Shown: positions 58,291 through 64,000 of the stretch, one piece after another
Layout of the letters: every line of letters starts with the position of its first letter
Position numbering within the stretch: the first letter of the stretch is position 1
DNA from: an uncultured Bacilli bacterium
GTDB taxonomy: Bacteria; Bacillota_I; Bacilli_A; RF39; UBA660
NCBI GenBank assembly: GCA_944368805.1
Contig: CALVXC010000001.1
Span: 7,885 to 71,884, forward strand
Reading direction: 5' to 3'
DNA length: 64,000 nt
Made by a program: the position numbers and the translations under genes
Notes under the pieces: generated by a model
Seen by the model: the letters and a program-made list of their open reading frames with translations, nothing else
The model's database searches: none
What the model was told of the DNA's origin: nothing

Positions 58291-59111
58291 TGAATTTAAG
58301 TAAATCAGTAGAACAATATATCCAGATTGGATATAAAAAAGATGATGCTATATCTAAGGTTGCGCAAGATATAATTCTTTTAAAAATATCAAAGAGTAAT
58401 TTTTCAGAGTATATTACCATCAAAGGTGGAGTTGTAATGCACTCTATATCTAGAGATAATCGTAGAGCTACTAGAGATTTAGATATGGATTTTATTAAAT
58501 ACGCTTTAGAAGATAACTCTATTCATAATTTTATATTAAAATTAAATGCAGTAAAAGATGGTATTAGTATTGAAATAGTAGGTAAAATTGAAAAATTGCA
58601 CCATCAGGACTATGATGGAAAGAGAGTTAATATAAGACTAATCGATTCTAATGAATTTATAATAAATACCAAATTAGATATTGGAGTTCATAAATTATTT
58701 GATATAGAACAAGATAACTATTGTTTTGATTTAGGCATTTTTAAAGAAAATGTTAATTTACTTATAAATTCAAGGGAACAAATTTTTGCTGAAAAATTAA
58801 AGTCATTACTAAAATTTGGAATAACATCAACAAGATATAAAGATGTATTCGATTTTTATTATTTAATTAATAATGAAAAATTAGATAAAAATAAATTGTT
58901 AAAATATATAGATATTCTTATTTTTGAAGATTCACTCATGAAAGAAAATGATTTTGAAGGTATAATAACTAGAATTAATTTGATTTTTAAAAATAGTAGA
59001 TATAGATCTATGTTAAATCAAGCAAACAATAATTGGTTAAATTTACCTGTTGATATTGTTATAAATAATATTTTAGAATTTCTATCATCTTTAGAAGTGG
59101 TGAGTGTCTGA
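58290..59111 (+). CDS. abiEii: AbiEii/AbiGii-family nucleotidyltransferase toxin (DUF1814)
   Basis: 273 aa. N-terminal NTase motif 'IKGGVVMHSISRDNRRATRDLDMDF' (hKGG...R.T.DLD). Size and position immediately after AbiEi with a 1-nt overlap. Confidence 0.7.
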   Translation: MNLSKSVEQYIQIGYKKDDAISKVAQDIILLKISKSNFSEYITIKGGVVMHSISRDNRRATRDLDMDFIKYALEDNSIHNFILKLNAVKDGISIEIVGKIEKLHHQDYDGKRVNIRLIDSNEFIINTKLDIGVHKLFDIEQDNYCFDLGIFKENVNLLINSREQIFAEKLKSLLKFGITSTRYKDVFDFYYLINNEKLDKNKLLKYIDILIFEDSLMKENDFEGIITRINLIFKNSRYRSMLNQANNNWLNLPVDIVINNILEFLSSLEVVSV

Positions 59112-59112
59112 T

Positions 59113-61479
59113 ATGAGTAAGGAGATAATCAATTTAATAAATGAAAAAGAAGAACAAATAAAAAAGCTACAAGAAGAAATTGCAATTTTAAAAAAGAAAC
59201 TAGAAATTCTTGATAAATCAGATAAATCAACAATCATATTTTCTAAAGAAGAAAAAGTGAATCTATTTATGAATTATTTTAGGGGGAGAGATGATACATA
59301 CCCATATTTATCTATTGATAAAAATAATCCAAGCAAGAAATATTATATTCCAGCTTGCATTAATGAATGGAAACAAGGAATTTGCAATAAGCTTATGAAA
59401 AGGCCTTGCAAAACTTGTCAATATAGAGAAAATAAACCATTAACATATGAGGTTTATCAAAAACATTTAGAAGGACAAATAATAGGTATTTATCCACTTT
59501 TAGATGATGAAACATGTTATTTTCTTGCTTTTGATTTTGATGATAAATTAGAAGAAAAAAATATAAAAGATGATGTACTTGCTTTTTGGAGTGTTTGTGA
59601 AGAGTATCATGTTCCAATATCAGTTGAGAAAAGCAGATCAGGTAAAGGATTTCATATTTGGTTATTCTTTACTGAAAGAGTAAAAGCAATTACAGCTAGA
59701 AAATTGGGTAGTCTTCTTTTATCTAAAACTATGGAAGTAAGGGATAATTTAAAAATATCTTCTTTTGATAGAATGTTTCCTAGTCAAGACTTTTTACCAA
59801 AAGGAGGATATGGTAATTTAATTGTGTTACCATTTCAAAAAGAACCAGCTAGCTATGGAAATACTTTATTTATTGATAAATATTTTATACCTTATAAAAA
59901 CCAGTGGGAATATCTAAAGAATATTAGAAAAATATCTAATGAGGATGTATATGATTTGATAAAAATATTATCCGATAATACAATAGATGTTAGTCATGAG
60001 GATTTAAATATTAAAGAAGAAATAAAAAGTAAAAAGAAAAATAATTTTAAATTTCCAAAATCTTTGGATGTTATATTAGATGATATGATTTATATTGACA
60101 AGAAAAATTTGTCAGCAGGAGCAAAAAATTGTTTTAGACGATTAGCATCTTTTGCAAATCCAGAATTTTATAAAAAACAAAGACTTCGTTTATCAACTTA
60201 TAATGTCCCTATGGTAATAGATTGTAGTAGTGTAGATGATAGATATATTAAATTACCACGAGGAACGTATGAGTATTTATTAGACATTTGTAACGAAAAA
60301 AAAGTAAAATTGAAAATAAAAGATAAAAGAAATCAAGGATACAAAATAAACATAAATTTTAATGGTAGTTTACGTGATGAACAAGAAATGTGTTTAAATA
60401 GATTATTGAGTTATGATAATGGAATTTTACATGCACCAACTGGATTTGGAAAAACAGTAGTGGCTTGTAATTTAATTGCAAAAAAGAAAGTTAACACATT
60501 AATTATTGTTCATAGTTTAAGTTTATTAAAACAATGGCAAGAAAGAATTAAAGAATTTTTAGGTGTTGAAAATGTTGGTCAAATTGGAGGAGGAAAAAAT
60601 ACAATTACCAATGTAATAGATGTTGCTAGTATTAAAACTTTGTGGAATAAAGGTGAATTAAATGAAATAACCAAAAATTATGGAATGATTATAATTGATG
60701 AATGTCATCATTTAGCCGCTTTTACTTATGAACAAGCAGTAAACAGTATTAACTCTAAATATGTCTATGGTTTTACAGCAACCCCTAATAGAGAAGATGG
60801 ACATAGTCCAATTGTTAAAATGCAATGCGGTGATATTAGATATGAAGTTGATTTTAAAAAGTTTAATGAAAATCTTGGCATTCCTATGATAGTTAAAGTT
60901 AAAGAAACTTATTTGAAATTTGCTGATCCATTAATAAACGATTATACAATTAATGAAATAAATAACTTAATTACGAAGGATATGGATAGAAGTGAAATGA
61001 TTTTTAACGATGTCAAAAATGAATATAAGAAAGGAAAAAATATTCTTATATTAACTGAGAGAATAGAACATTTAGAGTATTTGAGTTCTAGAATGCAAAA
61101 AATTACAAATAATGTATTTGTATATAAGGGTGGATTAGGTAAAAAAATATTAAAAGAATATGATGAAAGTAATAGAATGATATTAAATCAGAACAAAAAT
61201 AAAATTATTTTAGCAACAGGATCTTATATTGGTGAAGGATTTGATGATTCAAGTTTAGATGTTTTATTTTTAACCATGCCTATTTCAGGAATTACAAAAG
61301 TAACCCAATATACAGGAAGGCTACATAGAAAGAATGATAATAAAAAAGAAATCATTATTTATGATTATGTTGATAAAAATTTTAAACAAACAAGAAATAT
61401 GTTTGAAAAACGAAAAAAGACATATGTAAAATTGGGCTATAAAATAATAGATGAAAGATCTGTACAATTAACAATATAA
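59113..61479 (+). CDS. fusion protein: N-terminal coiled-coil, Cys4 cluster, archaeo-eukaryotic primase (PrimPol) domain, central linker domain, C-terminal XPB/RAD25-like SF2 (DEAH) helicase
   Basis: ATG 59113 lies 1 nt after the abiEii TGA (translational coupling); the ORF track uses GTG 59104. AEP motif I 'YFLAFDFDDK' (DxD), motif II 'SRSGKGFHIWLFF' (sGxGxHhh), motif III region 'SFDRMFP'. Upstream 'CINEWKQGICNKLMKRPCKTC' is a 4-Cys cluster. Helicase Q-like 'LRDEQEMCL', motif I 'HAPTGFGKT', motif II 'IIDECHH', motif III 'GFTATPNREDG' (XPB-type), motif VI 'TQYTGRLHR'. Confidence 0.7.
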   Translation: MSKEIINLINEKEEQIKKLQEEIAILKKKLEILDKSDKSTIIFSKEEKVNLFMNYFRGRDDTYPYLSIDKNNPSKKYYIPACINEWKQGICNKLMKRPCKTCQYRENKPLTYEVYQKHLEGQIIGIYPLLDDETCYFLAFDFDDKLEEKNIKDDVLAFWSVCEEYHVPISVEKSRSGKGFHIWLFFTERVKAITARKLGSLLLSKTMEVRDNLKISSFDRMFPSQDFLPKGGYGNLIVLPFQKEPASYGNTLFIDKYFIPYKNQWEYLKNIRKISNEDVYDLIKILSDNTIDVSHEDLNIKEEIKSKKKNNFKFPKSLDVILDDMIYIDKKNLSAGAKNCFRRLASFANPEFYKKQRLRLSTYNVPMVIDCSSVDDRYIKLPRGTYEYLLDICNEKKVKLKIKDKRNQGYKININFNGSLRDEQEMCLNRLLSYDNGILHAPTGFGKTVVACNLIAKKKVNTLIIVHSLSLLKQWQERIKEFLGVENVGQIGGGKNTITNVIDVASIKTLWNKGELNEITKNYGMIIIDECHHLAAFTYEQAVNSINSKYVYGFTATPNREDGHSPIVKMQCGDIRYEVDFKKFNENLGIPMIVKVKETYLKFADPLINDYTINEINNLITKDMDRSEMIFNDVKNEYKKGKNILILTERIEHLEYLSSRMQKITNNVFVYKGGLGKKILKEYDESNRMILNQNKNKIILATGSYIGEGFDDSSLDVLFLTMPISGITKVTQYTGRLHRKNDNKKEIIIYDYVDKNFKQTRNMFEKRKKTYVKLGYKIIDERSVQLTI

Positions 61480-61634
61480 GAAGAATATCAACCACCCATT
61501 CAACCACCAAAATAGGAGATTTTTATTTTAAAGTTATAAACTTGTTTAAACTTTTGTAAACAAAAATCCTTTGAAAATAAAGGATTTGATAATATAAAAT
61601 AGTTTAGAGTACGTGATATAAGTTTGCCCCCTGA

Positions 61635-61668
61635 AATCCCAGCCGAGAGGCTGGGATACTTTGTTTAT
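61635..61668 (+). terminator. intrinsic terminator (atcccagcc-gaga-ggctgggat followed by actttgtttat)
   Basis: 9-bp GC-rich stem, unusual in this genome, preceded by 'ccccctgaa' and followed by a T-rich tract. Sits 150 nt after the PrimPol-helicase stop. A second hairpin aaatccttt-gaaaat-aaaggattt lies at 61565-61588. Confidence 0.6.
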
Positions 61669-61823
61669 AAGGGATTTTAACTATTTTTGGGAGAATTTCA
61701 AGGGTTAATAGACTTTATGACAGCAATTTGGTACAATGTAAATGATGGGTCATATGAAAAACTTTGTATTTTTAACTGAACATCAAACGTTTAGAAATAA
61801 TCAATTAGACATATTAAGAAGAT

Positions 61824-62145
61824 ATGAAAAAAATGCGTCATAACTGCTTTTTCAGTTTTATTAGGTGGTTTTGTATCATCAAGTTATCATACAAATGAAG
61901 AAGACACTTTAAAAGATCGAACTGGATGGTGGCGAACTAAAACGATTTATCATAATGAAGCATGCACTATTTTAAAAAATGGCAGTCGGATTTTAATTTC
62001 TTCTAATATACGTACTGGTGGGACACGCCCAATTTTATCGTACTCTTCAATAGTATCAATTTATTTGAACAAAAAAGAAATAGAACATAATAGAAATTAT
62101 ACACAAAATACAATAAAACAAGAGGACTTAAATCTTGAAGAATAG
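61824..62145 (+). pseudogene. small secreted protein gene out of frame at a poly-A(7) tract in codons 2-4 (phase-variable or frameshifted)
   Basis: ATG 61824 is followed by A7 (61827-61833) and terminates after 24 codons. Removing one A gives MKKCVITAFSVLLGGFVSSSYHTNEED...LNLEE (about 106 aa) with a classic signal peptide. That 103-codon frame (61834-62145) has no internal stop and no ATG, so it is absent from the ORF track. Confidence 0.5.
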
Positions 62146-62186
62146 CAATCTAATTCAAAATAGTTAGTGAAAAGGAAAGAAAGAAA

Positions 62187-63155
62187 ATGGAAAAAAAGTA
62201 TAATTTAACAAATAAAGAAATATTAAACTCTATAAAACACGTTGTTGATAATTCTAAATATGTAAGTATAAATGAAAATAATATTGACAATGTTATTCCA
62301 ATTTTGAAAGAAAATAAAAAAGAGCCTTGGCTAAATAGTGATTATCTAGATATTGAAAACTTTTTACAGGAACAAATTTTAATGTATTTGATATTATGTG
62401 AATCGTTAAATTTTTGTTATTGGGATTCTGATATAAAATGGAAAATAGAATATAAAGATGAATGGTATTCTGGTTCGTTTGGATTATTTTATGCCATATC
62501 TAAAGCTATTAAAAATGGCTATAAACTTTTAGATATTGATTATTTGGAAAATATTACAATGAAAGAACTTGATGAAATATTTAAAGGAACAACTTCTATA
62601 CCTTTATTAAAAGAAAGATATGAAATAATAAAAAGATTGGTTGTTGAATTTAAAAATATACCTAATCTACTAGATGCAATTAGTGCTAATAATGATATAG
62701 AACTATTGAACAATATTATAAATAATTTTAGTAATTTTAGAGATATAAGTTTATACAAAGGAAAAAAAGTATATTTCTTTAAAAGAGCAATTCTTTTAGT
62801 AGGGGATTTAATTCTAAATATTAATTTTATTAAAGAAAGTGTTAAAAATGATGATCATATGTTAGGATGTGCGGATTATAAAGTTCCACAAGTTTTAAGA
62901 CAATTAGGGATTTTAGAATATTCTGACGATTTATCAACTAAAATTGATAATAAACAAAAAATAGAACATGATAGTGAAATGGAAATTGAAATTCGTGCCA
63001 ATATGTTATATGCGATAGAAATAATAAAAGAAAAATTACAAAAAAACGGAATTAAAATGAATTCTGTACAAATAGATAATGCTTTATGGTTATTAAGTAA
63101 GGATAAAGAATTTAAAGAAAAGCCTTATCACTTAACAAAAACAATTTATTATTAA
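62187..63155 (+). CDS. DUF2419 / queuosine-salvage (Qng1-like) family protein
   Basis: 322 aa. 'FRDISLYKGKKVYFFKRAILLVGDL' and 'CADYKVPQVLRQLGIL' resemble conserved blocks of the eukaryotic/bacterial Q-salvage protein family as remembered. RBS 'aaaggaaag'. Confidence 0.45.
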   Translation: MEKKYNLTNKEILNSIKHVVDNSKYVSINENNIDNVIPILKENKKEPWLNSDYLDIENFLQEQILMYLILCESLNFCYWDSDIKWKIEYKDEWYSGSFGLFYAISKAIKNGYKLLDIDYLENITMKELDEIFKGTTSIPLLKERYEIIKRLVVEFKNIPNLLDAISANNDIELLNNIINNFSNFRDISLYKGKKVYFFKRAILLVGDLILNINFIKESVKNDDHMLGCADYKVPQVLRQLGILEYSDDLSTKIDNKQKIEHDSEMEIEIRANMLYAIEIIKEKLQKNGIKMNSVQIDNALWLLSKDKEFKEKPYHLTKTIYY

Positions 63156-63164
63156 ATAAAATAT

Positions 63165-63540
63165 ATAAGCTAAAGAAGGAGCTAATGTAATTATTGTTGG
63201 AAGACATGAATAAACATTAAAACAAGCAGCTAATATAGATGGTAAAATTTCTTATGTAGTTGGTGATATTACCGATAGTGACGTTGTTTTAAAAGTAGTT
63301 AATTTAGCTAAAGATAAATTTGAGGAAATTGATATTTTAGTTAATAATGCAGGATGGTGTCCAGTTCAACCAATTTACCTGAAGATGAAGAAAGAAAACA
63401 TGAGGAAAGTATTACTAGTAATATTCCATTTAAACGTTTTGGTACTCCTGAAGAAGTAGCCAATGTTGCTTTATTTTTAGTAAGTGACGAAGCAAGTTAT
63501 GTTAGTGGTTCTATTTATTCTGTAACTGGTGCTTCATAAA
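63165..63540 (+). pseudogene. short-chain dehydrogenase/reductase (FabG-like) remnant: 5'-truncated, in-frame stop, about 115-codon internal deletion
   Basis: 'AKEGANVIIVGRHE*TLKQAANIDGKISYVVGDITD...[13 protein letters not shown]' corresponds to SDR residues 25-90. It then jumps, with a frameshift, to '[54 protein letters not shown]', the SDR C-terminus. The GxxxGxG N-terminus and the S-Y-K catalytic core are absent. Confidence 0.7.
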
Positions 63541-63708
63541 AATATTTTTTACTTAATTTAATAAAATTATAAAAAAAACTTGACCGTGTGTCACACCCGA
63601 CAATTATAATATTATTGTATTAATAAAAAGGGTGGTGAGAAATAAAGTTAAGTATTAAAATAAAATTAAGTATTAAAATGTGTAAAAACAAAAAGAAAGG
63701 AATATGAA

Positions 63709-64000
63709 AATGAGTAAAAAACTTATAGGAATTATTATAGTAATAATATGTATTGTTATAGGATGTATTTTATATTTTGTATTAAGTAATAGAACTTCAG
63801 AAAATTCTAGTTCTAATAATACAGATAACACAAATGAAAATAACGAGAATCAAATTTCGGAAACAGCACTTGGAGATAATATATTAGTAGTTTATTTTTC
63901 TGCACAAAATCATACTGAAGCTGTTGCTGAAAAAATCGCTAGTAATTTAGACGCTGATATTTTTGAAATTATACCGGTAGATGAATATACTTCAGAAGAT
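63709..64000 (+). CDS. membrane-anchored flavodoxin-like protein (partial, runs off the window)
   Basis: N-terminal TM 'LIGIIIVIICIVIGCILYFVL', low-complexity linker, then 'ILVVYFSAQNHTEAVAEKIASNLDADIFEI', typical of a flavodoxin fold start. RBS 'aaaggaatatg'. Confidence 0.5.

Noticed and set aside
57736-59111. Alternative reading of the 184-aa + 273-aa pair as a generic HTH regulator plus a hypothetical protein
   Set aside because: The 'AVITGESA...' block in the first protein and 'KGG...R.T.DLD' NTase block in the second, their sizes, order and TAATG coupling fit AbiEi/AbiEii specifically. AbiE assignment retained, pending profile confirmation.
61700-61823. Promoter assignment for the frameshifted secreted-peptide gene (ttATGACAgcaatttggTACAATg)
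   Set aside because: The -35/-10 spacing does not work: a 9-nt spacer to 'tacaat', or no -35 for the extended TGnTACAAT. Left unannotated, although an extended -10 promoter without a -35 remains possible.

Overview
This is an AT-rich (about 27% GC) low-GC Firmicutes-type chromosomal segment. A CotE-like coat-protein gene sits immediately before rpsP-KH in the miaB neighbourhood, and ftsK is present; the former suggests a spore-forming lineage. Most of the window is core housekeeping: sufB, an ssb paralog, uvrA, a ClpX-like ATPase, RNase J, a MarR-regulated heterodimeric ABC exporter, miaB, the CotE-like coat protein, rpsP plus a KH protein, uppS-cdsA-rseP, an ABC-2 transporter, tRNA-Leu(GAG), a cell-surface glycosylation cluster (NodB deacetylase, YfhO::GtrA fusion, GtrB-like GT2), eno, ftsK, parE and parC split by a transglutaminase-like gene, a polyamine supercluster on the minus strand (potABCD followed by aguB/ptcA-aguD-aguA-aguC), pyruvate:ferredoxin oxidoreductase and recG. 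The most interesting part is a 6 kb accessory island between recG and a deletion-remnant SDR pseudogene (about 57410-63540). It holds a strong-promoter candidate sRNA and a three-gene, translationally coupled cassette: an AbiEi antitoxin (with a perfect 15-bp inverted-repeat operator over its promoter), an AbiEii nucleotidyltransferase, and a 790-aa archaeo-eukaryotic primase (PrimPol) domain fused to an XPB-type SF2 helicase. The cassette is bracketed by two similar 'CCCCCTGAA-GC hairpin-TTTGTTT' motifs. Downstream lie a poly-A(7)-frameshifted small secreted-protein gene and a DUF2419 (queuosine-salvage, Qng1-like) gene. The AbiE + PrimPol-helicase operon is the best candidate for an undescribed defence or mobile-element replication module. 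Other notable points: a 1.5 kb NUDIX-carrying insertion flanked by 62-bp direct repeats copied from the 3' end of the KH gene, SOS (Cheo) boxes in the uvrA and recG promoters, a catalytically degenerate RNase J, a tandem 13/14-nt repeat array in the marR-ABC leader, and several homopolymer-associated frameshifts. All calls are from reading the sequence and remembered family motifs; no database searches were run.
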